A DNA stretch of 64,000 nucleotides. It comes from the human T2T-CHM13v2.0 reference genome, Homo sapiens. Below the pieces are notes generated by a model. The model made no database searches. It saw only the letters and a list, made by a program, of their open reading frames with translations, and was not told the DNA's origin. Location: NCBI RefSeq assembly GCF_009914755.1, contig NC_060941.1. One strand, written 5' to 3'. Made by a program: the position numbers and the translations under genes. This document shows, piece after piece, positions 12,883 through 30,376 of the stretch (position 1 is the stretch's first letter; each line of letters starts with the position of its first letter).

Positions 12883-13907
12883 ATGGGGAGAAACCAGAGC
12901 AGAAAAGCTGAAACTTCCAAAAAAGAGAACATCTCTTCTCCTCCAAAGGATCGCAACCCTTCTCCAGCAAGGGAACAAAACTGGACAGAGAATGAGCTTG
13001 ACGAGTTGACAGAAGTAGATTTCAGAAGGTCTGTAATAACAAACTTCTCCAAGGTAAAGGAGCATGTTCTAACCCACAGCAAGGAAGCTAAAAAACCTTG
13101 AAAAAATGTTAGATGAACGACGAACTAGAATAAACAGTGTACAGAAGACCTAAATGACCTGATGGGGCTGAAAACCATGGCACAAGAACTTTGCGACACA
13201 TGCACAAGCTTCAATAGCCGATTCAATCAAGTGGAAGAAAGGATACCAGTCATTAAAGATCAAATTAATGAAATAAAGACAGAAGACAAGATTAGAGAAA
13301 AATGAGTGAAAAGAAACAAACAAAGCCTCCAAGAAATATGGGACTATGTGAAAAGACTAAATCTACATCTGATTGGTGTACCGGAAAGTGATGGAGAGAA
13401 TGGAAGCAAGTTAGAAAACACTCTTGAGGATATCATCCAGGAGAAATTCTCTAACCTAGCAAGGCAGGCCACATTCAAATTCAGGAAATACAGAGAACAC
13501 CACAAAGATAGTCCTTGAGGAGAGCAACCCCAAGACACATAATTTTCAGATTCACCAAGGTTGAAATGAAGGAAAAAATGTTAAGGGCAGCCAGAGAGAA
13601 AGGTCAAGTTACCCACAAAGCAAAGCCCATCAGACTAATAGCGGCTCTCTCGGCAGAAACCCTACAAGCCAGAAGAGAGTGGGGGCCAATATTCAACATT
13701 CTTAAAGAAAAGAATTTTCAACCCAGGATCTCATATCCAGCCAAACTAAGCTTCATAAGGGAAGTAGAAATAAAATACTTTACAGACAAACAAATGCTGA
13801 GAGATTTTGTCAACATTAGGCCTACCTTACAAGAGCTCTTGAAGGAAGCACTAAACATGGAAAGAAGGAACTGGTATCAGCCACAGCAAAAACATACCAA
13901 ATGGTAA
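12883..13907 (+). pseudogene. L1 ORF1p remnant (stops and frameshifts)
   Basis: Fragments MGRNQSRKAE..., KRNKQSLQEIWDYVKR, RRATPRHIIFRFTKVEMKEKML...QPRISYPAKLSF. Confidence 0.93.
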
Positions 13908-13970
13908 AGACCATCGATGCTATGAAGAAACTGCATCAATTAATGGACAAAATAACCAGCTAAAATCATA

Positions 13971-17832
<3,862 letters not shown>

Positions 17833-20800
17833 TCATGCTACTATAAAGACACATGCACACATATGTTTATTGAAGCACTATTCACAATAGCACTGACTTA
17901 GAACCAACCCAAATGTCCATCAATGATATACTGAAAATGTGGCACATATACACCATGGAATACTACGCAGCCATAAAAAAGGGGGTGTTCATGTCCTTTA
18001 CAGGGACATGGATGAAGCTGGAGACCATATTCTAAGCAAACTGTCACAGGGACAGAAAACCAGACATCGCATGTTCTCACTCATAGGTGGGAGTTGAACA
18101 ATGAGAACACATGGACACAGGGTGGGGAACATCACACACCGGGGCCTGTCAGGGGTGGGGGGCTGGGCGAGGTATAACTTTAGGAGAAATACCTAATGTA
18201 AATGACAAGTTGATAGGTGCAGTAAACCAACATGGCACATGTATACCTATGTAACAAATCTGCACATTGTGCACATGTACCCTAGAACTTAAAGTACAAT
18301 AAAAAAGAGTCACAAAGATTACTTCAGTCTTCTATTAGTTTAGTCCACTCAGTTAACTCCTGTTCTGTTTGATATTCATGAACATTTCAGCACTCCATGA
18401 GAGTCCTGAAAGGTTTTTCCCTATGCTAATGTTACAATCTCCAAAGTTATCAAAAACCTGCATTTAAGAACACCTATCAAACTCCCATAGCTGACTATCA
18501 ATCACAATTTGAAGAGGAACAAAACCAGACAACATTTGTCTGTGGACAATTAAAAAAAAAAGTCACAGGACAGCCACTCTTAAAGCCACAATTGATAAGA
18601 AAATTTTGGTTACTTCTGTGGCATACAACAATTGTACATAACAATTACAACTTTTAATAACATACACTAAGTTATATCAGGATTATAGGAGTTTTACATA
18701 ATTTTGGAACAGATGCTAATAACATATTTATATAAACACAGCCAAAAGAAAGCCAAACACCATTTTATATTTGACAATGTTTCCTAGGTGATTTTCATAC
18801 TAAATGAGCCAAATTTCACTGTTGCATTTGTACATTATTGATATCAAACCCAATTCTTAATAAAACCTTATAGACATATCTATAATGTTTTTATTTTAAT
18901 TGTTGACCATAAGGTAAGATTCTCATAAACCTTTTATAAACCTTTACAAATCTTTGTTAAAGAGCAGATCATAAGCAAGTTTTTGCTATAAGAAAAATCT
19001 TTTGTGCTTTTATTCCAATGTTTAATTTAAGGAAAAACTGAATAATACCCCTTTAACTTTAGCCAATAATTTTTTTACAAGATTAATTTTTTACACACCT
19101 TCCACAACTTGCTTAAAGCTTCAGCTTTATTCTAACTTAAAACAAACTTTTTAACTTTTAATATGGCCAAGAACATCCACGTTTCCATGACTTCTTATAA
19201 TCTTTCACCAAAAACACATTTCACTTTCCTTACAAGCATTACGTGTAAAACTGTTTCTTCAGTAGTTTCAATTACGTATATTACACTGTTAACTGTTAGC
19301 AACTCTTACTTTTGGTGAAAACCTTGGTAAGTAAGGGATTATAATTATGTACTAGGTGTGGAGCTTAGGAAACCAGATAAGTACGACTTTTTCCAGCATT
19401 GCTATGGGTATGGCTAACACCACATGTTTCTGGGTCTTACCTAAAATCTAATGCTCCAAAGTAGGTAAACTGAACAATTTTCAAAAGTCAAAGGAGCAGT
19501 TTATGACCTTAAAGCATTTAGCAAACTTAATATTTGACCTGCATAATTTAGACCAAATGTTTACATTTTTGAATATATTTTTATTTTACCAATAATCTTT
19601 AAAACTGTTTTTGTTTCCCAAAGATTACTTAAGTCAAATGAACCAAAAGGCATTACACTTTTTTACTTTTTTGACCAAATATTTAATTTAAGCACTTATT
19701 ATTTTAAACCAATTAAAGCTTTTTTATATCACACACACAACACATATAAATACACACACAGAAGATAAAGGACTCATTTCCTAAGCCGAGAATTGAACCC
19801 TGAACCTGCGCTGCCATTGTGATGGTGGAGACCAAGACTAAATATCGCCACATGGTTACAAGGTCAAGCTCCTAAGGACATACAAGACAAGAGGGAAACT
19901 TCAACCAGTTTTTATTTTTTTGCAGGGGGTGGACCTGTAGCAAAGTTTATAAGTGACCACTTCACTGGGCCATCTTGAGCCAGGCTTATGGGGTCCTAGG
20001 CCCGCATTTTGTCCTAAGGTACCACTCTTTATGAAAACAATACCAAAAGACACAGAAAGCACACCAGATTCATTACAGCTTAAGATTAGCTTCATGAATC
20101 CTTTTTTCTATTAATCAAAACCTTACAGAATAGCTAAAGAGTGATTTCTTTTTACCATTCATTCAATCAGTTTGCACAGAGAGAGAGGCCAGAAGTCTGA
20201 CTAGTAAGAAATTCTTACCATTTTGCCAGCGTGCCAGGCTTCTGGGTTACCTTTCCCTGAGTGGCCCTAGTGACCTAGCTGGCTGCACCATAGCCCTAGG
20301 GGCCAAGACCCAACACAAAAGAATATTATCTTTTCCTGTCCTGGCCAGAGCAAAATATATGGGATAAAACACAGACATTAGCCACTCTGCTTAGCACCCA
20401 ATATCAAACTGGCAAGACTCAAACTTGCCCCCAATTGGGCCCCATTATCGTTAAACCAACTTCCTACCAGGAGTTTCAACATGTGGTCTCTGGGCAAGAT
20501 GGTCATCCTGAATAACATAAAAGATAGAAAAGGGGAAGAAGAGAGAGAAAAGCATTGCCTGTGGCAGGGTAGGGAAGGCAAACAGCTCACTGAGGCCAGA
20601 GAAAGACCCATCCATTGCAGCAACACTGAAAAGTTCAGGCAGCCACTTATCACTAGCAAAGGGATCTTTTCCAGCAGTTCCATTCACTCTCAAGTTTCCC
20701 CTTTTGGCAAGGGAAAAGCTACCCATGTCCCATGATCCTGTATGTGCCTAATTCCATTACTCATAGTCATAAGCAAAAAGTGCAAGGCAGATTAATCCAA

Positions 20801-21243
20801 ACAGAATAGCAGTTAATATCCCATAGTGCCAAAATCATTCTTAGTTGAGAGGGACTTTACTGAGAGGGGCCTCCAACCCCCTAAATCTTAGGAAGCACTC
20901 TAACCTTCATAAGTTAGGCCTCGAGTCCAAGTTTCCTCAAGCGTTTTTGCTTTTTATTAAGAGGAGCCCTTAAACCCTCTCTGTCTTAAGAGGGACTCTA
21001 ACTCATCTAAGTTGGGCCTGTAACTCAGCCCTATCCTTTACCCAGGTTTATGCACCCCACATACCCAAGGTCAGCCAATTGGTGCACACAGATAATTACC
21101 CTTGGGGTTGGGGGGGTCTCCTCAGTTTTGCCCTTCAGGGTTCACCAGACAGATGTTACCTACCGGACCCTACCACTTAAGTAACGTTAGCCTCTGGGTC
21201 AGGAGTTTCCTCAGTATTGTCCCTTCAGTAGTCACCAGAAAGA

Positions 21244-22214
21244 TGATATCAGAAAGAGGTCCCAATCCAGACCCCAAAAGAAGGTTCTTGGATCTTGCAC
21301 AAGAAGGAATTCAAGACAAGTCCATACAGTAAAGTGAAAGCAAGTTTATAAAGAAAGTTGGATTAAGAAAATGTGGCACATATACACCATGGAATACTAT
21401 GCAGCCATAAAAAATGATGAGTTCATGTCCTTTGTAGGGACATGGATGAAACTGGAAACCATCATTCTCAGCAAATTATCGCAAGGACAAAAAAACGAAA
21501 CACCGCATGTTCTCACTCAGAGGTGGGAATTGAACAATGAGAACACATGGACACAGGAAGGGGAACATCACGCACCGGGGACTGTTGTGGGGTGGGGAGA
21601 GGGGGGAGGGAGAGCATTAGGAGATATACCTAGTGCTAAATGACGAGTTAATGGGTGCAGCACAACAACATGGCACATGTATACATACGTAATAAACCTG
21701 CACATTGTGCACATGTACCCTAAAACTTCAAGTATAATAATAATAAAATAAAACAAACAAACAACAACAACAAAAAAAAGAAAGTAAAGAAATAAAAGAA
21801 TGGCTACTCCATAGGCAGATCAGCCCTAAGAGCTGCTAGTTACCCATTTCTAAGATTATTTGATTATATACTAAACAAGGGTGGATTATTCATGTTTCCA
21901 CTTTTTAGACCATATAGGGTAACTTCCTGACATTGCCATGGTATTTGTAAACTGTCATGGTGCTGGTGGGAGTGTAGCAGTGAGGAAAACCAGAGGTCAC
22001 TCTCATTGTCATCTTGGTTTTGATGGGTTTTAGCCAGCTTCTTTACTGCTACTTGTTTTATCGACAAGGTCTTTATGACCTGTATCATCTTGTGCCAACC
22101 TCCTAGCTCATCCTGTGACTTAGAATACCTTAACTCACTGGGAATGCAGCACAGCAGGTCTTAGCCTTATTGTACCAAGCCCCTGTTCAAGATGGAGTTG
22201 CTGTGGTTTAAACA
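21244..22214 (-). mobile_element. MER41A 5' LTR, interrupted by L1 and terminally truncated
   Basis: Colinear with 9943-10520 once 21359-21776 is removed. Confidence 0.88.
21359..21776 (+). mobile_element. Young 5'-truncated L1 (L1PA2-4-like) 3' end
   Basis: tggattaagaaaatgtggcac...gctaaatgacgagttaatgggtgcagc (GAG, not the Ta ACA diagnostic), A-rich tail; TSD AAAGAAAGT at 21350-21358 and 21777-21785. Confidence 0.9.
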
Positions 22215-23201
22215 TTAAAATGGAATGAATAGCCATACAAAGTACTTCTTCTCAGTAGATGGTGGCCAGAAACAAATAGGAAGGCCCCAGCTCTGTCAAG
22301 GAAATAAAAATTGCTGATAGCTCTACATTCTTCTGTTATCACCCTTAAGCCCTAATGCTGCTTTTTGAAAACCAGCCATCAGTGTACATTCCCCAAGACC
22401 TGCCACAGATCACAGAAGACTCTGACCATCAGAGCAGTGAACAGGGGCTGGGGGCCGTATCCTAGAAAGGTGAACAACAGGTGAAAAAACAGGAAGAAAT
22501 AAAGAGAAGAGGAAATTTTTTAAAAAGTGATAAGTTATTTCTTTATGAGAAGGAGGGAGATAGGAGGATTGACGTTTTAAGTAAGAGGAGGTCCTCTTTT
22601 GTTTAATATTTACATGGATATTTTTCTTCCTTTCACACCTATTTGTGTTTTAAACTGCAAATCTGCCACTTATGGACTTTTAACTGGTGAGCTTAATCCA
22701 TTCATATTTAACCAGATTACTAATAATGAAGAACTTATTTTTGCCATTATGCTATTATACATATATATGTTTGTGTGTATGTGTGTGTGTGTATGTATAT
22801 AAGTGTATATATCTTTTTGTTCCTCAATTATTTTAATACTGTCTTCCTTTGTTTTTGATTTTTTTTTTTTTTGGTGTACCACATTTGATTCCCTCTTTAT
22901 TTACTTTTCAGTATTTTTTTAAATTACCTTCTTAGTGGTTACCATGGAGATGACAGTTAACATCCTAAATTTGTATCAATCTAGTTCTAATTAATAATAC
23001 ATTGGCGCAACCCGCTCAGGTCCCTTTCCATGCTGTGGAAGCTTTGTTCTTTCACTCTTCACAATAAATCTTGCTGCTGCTCACTCTTTGGATCCATGCC
23101 ACCTTTAAGAGCTGTAACACTCACTGCGAAGGTACACAGCTCCATTCTTGAGGTCAGCAAGACCATAAACCCACCAGCAGGAACCAACTCCAGGCACTTC
23201 T

Positions 23202-23219
23202 CGGGGGCTTGTCCAGGAT
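23202..23219 (+). other. Primer-binding site, tRNA-Pro type
   Basis: cgggggcttgtccaggat matches TGGGGGCTCGTCCGGGAT at 15/18, two mismatches at CpG; lies just after the U5 end. Confidence 0.75.
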
Positions 23220-24059
23220 ATCGCCACGTGGCGAGTACCACTGGACCCATGTCACTTGCTATTCTGTCCTATTTTTCCTTAGAATTCAGGGGCTAAACAT
23301 CAGGCACTAGTTTTCCTCCTAGACCACAAAGGGGACTAAGAAAGGTTGGATTTAGTGGCCCTTACCAATGCCTTCTTGAAAACCTGCACCCTTGCCTTTC
23401 TTCTTAGACCACAAAGAGGACTGAGAAAAATTGGATTTAGTGGCCCTTACTGATGCATTCTCAAAAACCTGTCAGAGTCCTAAGCGTTTTCTCCTGTTGG
23501 TATTGGGACCTTATCCTTGTCCTATAAAGATGATATGCCTCAAAATGGAGTGGAGGGCCATACCCTGAGGGAGGGAAGGGATCTCCAGGGTTGGAAGAGT
23601 GACGCCTTTTGTCCTCACTTCTTATCATATGAATAGGAAGGATATTCTCCTAATTTGGGAGTCTATAATTTCTGAGGGTCCCCATATCCTAGCTTCAGGA
23701 ATAGCCTTTGTTAGGCCTGCTAGACTAAGGAGGGATCCTAAAATTCCAGATAGTCCACCTGCCCCACTACCCACTATGCTGGGGCTTTGGGCAAAAATTA
23801 TGTCTTTCTGATTGGTGAGCCCATGTGCCTAAAGAAGGGAACAGAGTCCCAAAATGTATACTAGAAATCATTTGTATAAGAGAAGCTAGAAGAGCACAGG
23901 GACAGGGAGTGGTATTTAGAAGTGGGACTAACCTTGGAGAAGAGAGGTGGGAGGAAGTTTGTCTGACAGTTGTTAGGACCCAGGGGGCAAGGGTCAGGAT
24001 AGATAGGATAGATGGTTGACTCTCGCTTAGGCAACATAACTCTGAGGGTTCTGCTCACC

Positions 24060-26630
24060 TCCTCAGTTGTAATTGGGAGACTTTGCTCTTTTCATGTTCC
24101 TTCCTTGTTATGCATGAAAATCCCACACCCTTATTAGGGAGGGATATATTAGCCATAGCTGGAGCTATTATCTACATGAATATGAGGAAAAAGTTACCCA
24201 TTTGTTGTCCCCTGCCTAAGGAGGGAATCAACCCTGAAGTCTGGACATTGGAAGGACAATTCAGAAAGGCAAAAAATGCCTGCCCCGTCCAAATCAGGCT
24301 AAAAGATCCCTTAAGGCCTGAAGCTCATAAAGGATTACAGGATACTGTTAGACATTTAAAAGTTCAATGCTTAGTAAGAAAATGCAACAGTCCCTGCAAC
24401 ACCCCAATTCTAGGAGTACAAAACCGAATGGTTAGTGGAGACTAGTGCAAGATCTTAGACTCATCAATGAGGCAGTAATTCTTCTATATCCAGTTGTACC
24501 CAATACCTATAACCTGCTCTCTCAAATCCCAGAGGAAGCAGAATGGTTCACAGTTCTGGACCTCAAGTATGGCTTCTTCTGCATTCCCCTGCACTGACTC
24601 CCAGTTTTTCTTTGCCTTTGAGGATCCCACAGACTACATGTTTCAACTTAAGTGGATGGTCTTGCCTCAAGGGTTTAGGGATAGCCCTCATCTCTTTGGT
24701 CAGGCACTGGCCCAAGATCTAGGCCACTTCTCAAGTCCAGGCATTCTGGTCCTTCAGTATGTGGATGATTTACTTTTGGCTATCAGTTCAGAAGCCTCAT
24801 GCCAGCAGGTTACTCTAGATCTCTTGAACTTTCTAGCTAATCAAGGGTAGAAGGTATCTAAATTGAAGGCCCAGCTCTGCTTACAACAAGTCAAATACCT
24901 AGGCCTAATCTTAGCCAGAGGAATCAGGGCCCTCAGCAAAGAATGAATACACCTTATACTGGTTTGTCCTCACCCTAAGACAATAAAACAGTTGTGGGGG
25001 TTCCTTGGGATCACCGGCTTTTGCCAACTATGGATCCCCAGATACAGTGAAATGGCCAGGCCACTCTGTACTCTAATCAAGGAGACCCAGAGGGCAAATA
25101 CTCACCTAGTAGAATGGGAACCAGAAGCAGAAACAGCCTTCAATACCTTAAATCAGGCCCTAGTACAAGCTCCAGCCTTAAGCCTTCCCAAAGGACAAAA
25201 CTTCTCTTTATACATCACAGAGAGAGAGGGAATAGCTTTTGGAGTCCTTAGACTTGTGGGACAACCCCACAACCAGGCATGCCTAAGTAAGGAAATTGAT
25301 GTATTAGCAAAAGGCTGGCTTCACTGTTTATGGGTAGTTGCAGTGGTGGCCAACTTAGTATCAGAGGCTATCAAAATAATACAAAGAAAGGATCTCACCA
25401 TCTGGACTACTCATGATGTAAATGGCATACTAGGTGACAAAGGAAGCTTATGACTATCAGACAACCATCTGCTTAGATACCAGGGGCCATTTCTTGAGGG
25501 ACCGGTGCTTCAAATATGCACATGTGCAGCCCTCAACCCTACCACTTTTCTCCCAGAGGATGGGGAACGAATCAAGCATGACTGCCAACAAATTTTAGTT
25601 CAGACTTATGCCGCCTGAGAGGATCTCTTAGAATTCACCTTAACTAATCCTGACCTTAACCTATATACCGATGGAAGGTCATTTGTGGAGAACGGGATAT
25701 AAAGGGCAGGTTATGCCATAGTTAGTGATGTAACAGTACTTGAAAGTAAGCCTCTTCCCCCAGGGACCAGCACCCAGTTAGCAGAACTAGTGGCATTTAC
25801 CCGAGCCTTAGAACTGGGAAAGGGAATAAGAATGAATGTGTATACAGATAGCAAGTATGTTTACCTATATGCCCATGCTGCCATATGGAAAGAAAGGGAC
25901 TTCCTAACCTCTGGGGTAACCCCCATTAAATACCACAAGGAAATCATGAAGTTACTGCACACAGTGCAAAAACCCAAGGAGGTAGCAGTCAAAAAGCCAT
26001 CAAAACGGTGAAGAAAAAAAGGCAGAGGAATCCATCAGGCAGATGTGCTGAGTCCAAAATTGCTGCCAGGTGGAACCTCCCATTAGAAATACCTATGGAA
26101 GGACCCTTGGTATGTAACTACCCTCTCCAAGAGATTAAGCTCCAGTATTCCCTGACTGAAACAGATTGGGGACTTTCATGGGGGCATAGTTTCCTCCCCT
26201 CATGGTGGTTAATGACAGAAGACGGAAAGATACTCATACCCAAAGCCAGCCAGTGGAAAATACTTATGACCCTTCACCAAACTTTTCATATGGGTATTGA
26301 GAACATTCATAAAATGGCCAAATCCCTATTTACAGGGCCAAATCTCCTCCGGACCATCCAACAAGTAGTCAAAGCCTGTGAGGTGTGCCAAAGGAATAAT
26401 CCCTTGGTCCATCATAAGGCCCCACTGGGGGAACAAAGAATAGGTCACTCTCCTGGAGAGGACTGGCAGTTAAGACTTCACCCATATGCCTAAGTCAAGG
26501 GAATTTCAGTATTTGTTGGTCTGTGTTGATACCTTTACAAATTGGATAGAAGCCTTCCCCTGCAAGACAGAGAAGGCTCAGGAAGTGGTTAAAGTCCTAA
26601 TTCATGAAATAATTCCTAGATTTGGTCTTC
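24060..26630 (+). pseudogene. Gammaretroviral pro (C-term)/pol remnant: RT, RNase H, N-terminal integrase
   Basis: PTPLLGRD, LPQGFRDSPHLF, QYVDDLLL, FLGITGFC, NVYTDSKY, integrase HHCC (LHQTFHMG...CEVCQ); many stops/frameshifts. Confidence 0.9.
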
Positions 26631-27720
26631 TTCCCCATCTCTGATTGCACCAAGAATAGCCTAACAGGATGTGACACAAGTTTAACTTTCCAAGTCCCTT
26701 TATGCACCCAACACAGCCTGTTATACACCTCCATTCAGATGGCTTGTCTGTTTCTCAGGGCCCCCAAAAATCATGACCTCCGCCCTGCTTAGCAAACATC
26801 CAGGTTTTGTAATGGCAAACATACTCGCTGCATAACCATTCTCCCCTGGACCCTCTGCAGCAGCACCCCCACCACTAGTGAGTGCCTTCTCATCCCCTCT
26901 TTTAATTACTCTCTTGAATGGTTTCTAACAGATACAAGATGTGTTTTTCTCCAACGGGAAAATAGAACACTTGGAGCTACTCAGTTTGCACCCAACATTC
27001 CTTTCCAGCTGTTCACCAGAGCTACTTTGGCAACTACTCTAGGAGTATGGTAAAATGAAAACAACAAACTCACACACCTTTTTAACATACACAACCAGTT
27101 CTGTCTACTTAATTGAGACGTATTCTTCTTGACATTGCCACAGGAAATCAGACCCTATCAGTGCCCCTCAAAGCTCAAGTCCATCAGTGCAGGGCCATAC
27201 AATGGTCACTACTACAGGAACTGGAATAGCAGGTTTGTCCACTTCACTATCCTACCTCCACATATTCTCAGAGGATTTCTCAGACAGTTTGCAAGAAATA
27301 ACAAAATCTATTCTTACTCTACAATCCCAAATAGACTCTTGGGCAACAGTGACTCTCCAAAACCACTGAGGCCTAGACCTCCTCACTGGTGAGAAAGGAG
27401 GACTTTGCACCTTCTTAGGGGAAGAGTGTTGTTTTTACACTAGCCCATCAGGGATAGCATGAGATGCCACCTGGCATTTACAGGAAAGGCTTCTGAAATC
27501 AGACAACACCTTTCAAACTCTTATACCAACCTCTGGAGGTGGGCACCATGGCTTCTCCCCTTTCTAGGTCCCATGACAGCCATCTTGCTATTTCTCTCCT
27601 TCAGGCCCTGTATTTTTAATCTCCTTGTCAAGTTTGTTTCCTCCAGGATCGAGGCCATCAAGCTACAGATGGTCTTACAATGGAACCCCAAATGAGCTCA
27701 ACTCACAACTTTTACTGAGG
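26631..27720 (+). pseudogene. env remnant (partial SU, TM with immunosuppressive domain)
   Basis: GTGIAGLSTS fusion-peptide region, [27 protein letters not shown] (ISD + CX6CC), WLLPFLGP...PCIFNLLVKFVSSRIEAIKLQM. Confidence 0.88.
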
Positions 27721-27885
27721 ACCCCTGGACTGACCCACTGGCCCTTTCACTGGCCTAGAGAGTTTACTGCTGGAGGATCCTACAACTGCAGGGCCCCTTC
27801 TTTGCCCCTATCCAGCAGGAAGTAGCTAGACTGGTCATTGCCCAATTCCCAACAGCTGTTGTGGTGTCCTGTTTAGAGGGGGAAT

Positions 27886-28263
27886 TGAGAGGTGAAGCCA
27901 GCTGGACTTCCTGGGTTGAGTGGGGACTTGGAGAACTTTTCTATCTTACAAGAAGATTGTAAAATGGACCAATCAGTGCTCTGTAGCTAGCAAGAGGATT
28001 GTAAAATGCACCAATCAGTGCTCTGTAAAATGCACCAATCAGCGCTCTGTAAAACTCACTAATCAGCAGGATCCTAAAAGTAGCCAATCTCGTGAGGATT
28101 GAAAAAAGGGCATTCTTATAGGACAGAAACAGAGCATGGGAGGAGATAAATAAGGGAATAAAAGCTGGCCACCCCAGCCAGCAGCAGCAACCTGCTTGGG
28201 TCTGCTTCCACGCTGTGGAAGCTTTGTTCTTTCACTCTTCACAATAAATCTTGCTGCTGCTCA
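27886..28263 (+). promoter_or_regulatory. LTR12F-type U3-R with CCAAT repeats, AATAAA TATA-like box and polyA signal
   Basis: tgagaggtgaagccagctggacttcc after purine tract agagggggaat; repeated accaatcag (NF-Y-type); AATAAA at 28157-28162 and 28243-28248. Confidence 0.85.
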
Positions 28264-28754
28264 AAAATAAATAATAATAATAATAATAATAAATTGGCTT
28301 CAATAGCACACATTAACCCTGCTCCTATTCAGTTCTTCTCCCTTATGTTGTTATTGTCACAGATTACAGCTTTATTCAATGTATGCTCATTATCATAGAT
28401 TTATGATTATTGTTATATGTATTTGTCCTTTAAATCATATGGAAAACAAAAAAGAGGAGTTACAAGCCAAAACATCAATAATATTAGACTTTATATTTAC
28501 CTTAGCAGCTATCTTTACCAGTAATCTTTGTTTTTATGGCTTCAAGTTACCACCTACTTTTATTTCATTTCAGCTGAAGGACCCCCATTAGCATTTATTA
28601 TTTTCTTTTTTTTCCTTTAGCATTTCTTGTATGACAAGTCACTAGTAAAAAACTTCCGTGTTTTTTTGTTATTATTGATAATGAGAAATTGGTTGTTAAT
28701 CCTTTTTAGAGTCCCTTGTATGCTATGTGTTGCTTTTTTCTTGTTGTTGCCAGG

Positions 28755-29632
<878 letters not shown>

Positions 29633-30034
29633 GGTGATTTTAAGATTCTCTGTTTGTTTTTAGCTTTTGACAGCTTGCTTATATATAATGTATCTCAGCA
29701 TAGATCTCAATCTCTTTATTTTTATCCTGTTGGATTTTGTTGAGCTTCTTGGTTGTGTAGATTCATGTTTCCTTCAAGTTTGGGAAGTTTCCTGCCATTA
29801 TTTTTTCAAGTATCTTTCTTTCTTTCTAAACCTTTATCTTTCTCTTCTCCTTCTGGAGACGTCCATAATGTATATATGGGCATGCTTGGCAGTGCCCCAT
29901 AGATCCCTTAGGCTCTGTTCACTTATCTTCATTCTTTTTTTTTTTTCCTGCTCCTCAGATTGGGTAATTTCAAGTGTCCTATTTTTAAGTCTGCTAATTC
30001 TTTTTTGTGCCTATCCAATTCTACTGTTTTATCC

Positions 30035-30376
30035 TGTTTTAGTCCATTCCCTACTGCTATAACAAAATAACTATAGACTGGGAAATTTATTTTTAAAGGG
30101 ATTTACTTGACTCACAGTTCTGGAGGCTGGGAAGTCTAAAAGCATGGCACCAGCATCTGGTAAGGGGCACCTGATGGTGGAAGGTACCACATGGTGAGGA
30201 ACCATGCACTCAAGACAGAGAGAAAGGGGACGAAACTCCTACAAAATAACCCACCCCTGAGATAACAGCAAAGCCTTCATGAACTAATCACCCCTTAAAG
30301 GTCCCACCTCTTAATACCATCATGATGGCAATTACATTTTAACATGAGTTTTGGAGAGAGTGTTCAAACTATAGCA
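30035..30376 (-). mobile_element. MaLR solo LTR (MSTC/MSTD-like)
   Basis: tgttttagtccatt...ctcacagttctggaggctgggaagtc...aactatagca. Confidence 0.8.

Larger units (their letters stand above)
23007..28284 (+). mobile_element. ERV9-family (LTR12F-type) processed retrocopy: R-U5, leader, deleted gag, pro/pol, partial env, U3-R, polyA
   Basis: Starts at R without U3, ends ~15 nt after AATAAA (28243-28248) in an A/(TAA)n tail, TSD AATAATA(C/A)ATTGGC at 22993-23006 and 28285-28298. Confidence 0.88.

Noticed and set aside
19778-19830. Functional tRNA gene
   Set aside because: Only a degenerate 3' half; no intact cloverleaf or A-box
23310-23472. ~87-bp tandem repeat in the ERV leader as a novel element
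   Set aside because: Tandem leader repeats are an ordinary feature of ERV9-type internal sequence
24083-27695. Functional pol or syncytin-like env
   Set aside because: Multiple stops and frameshifts, large deletions, stop codon inside the immunosuppressive domain
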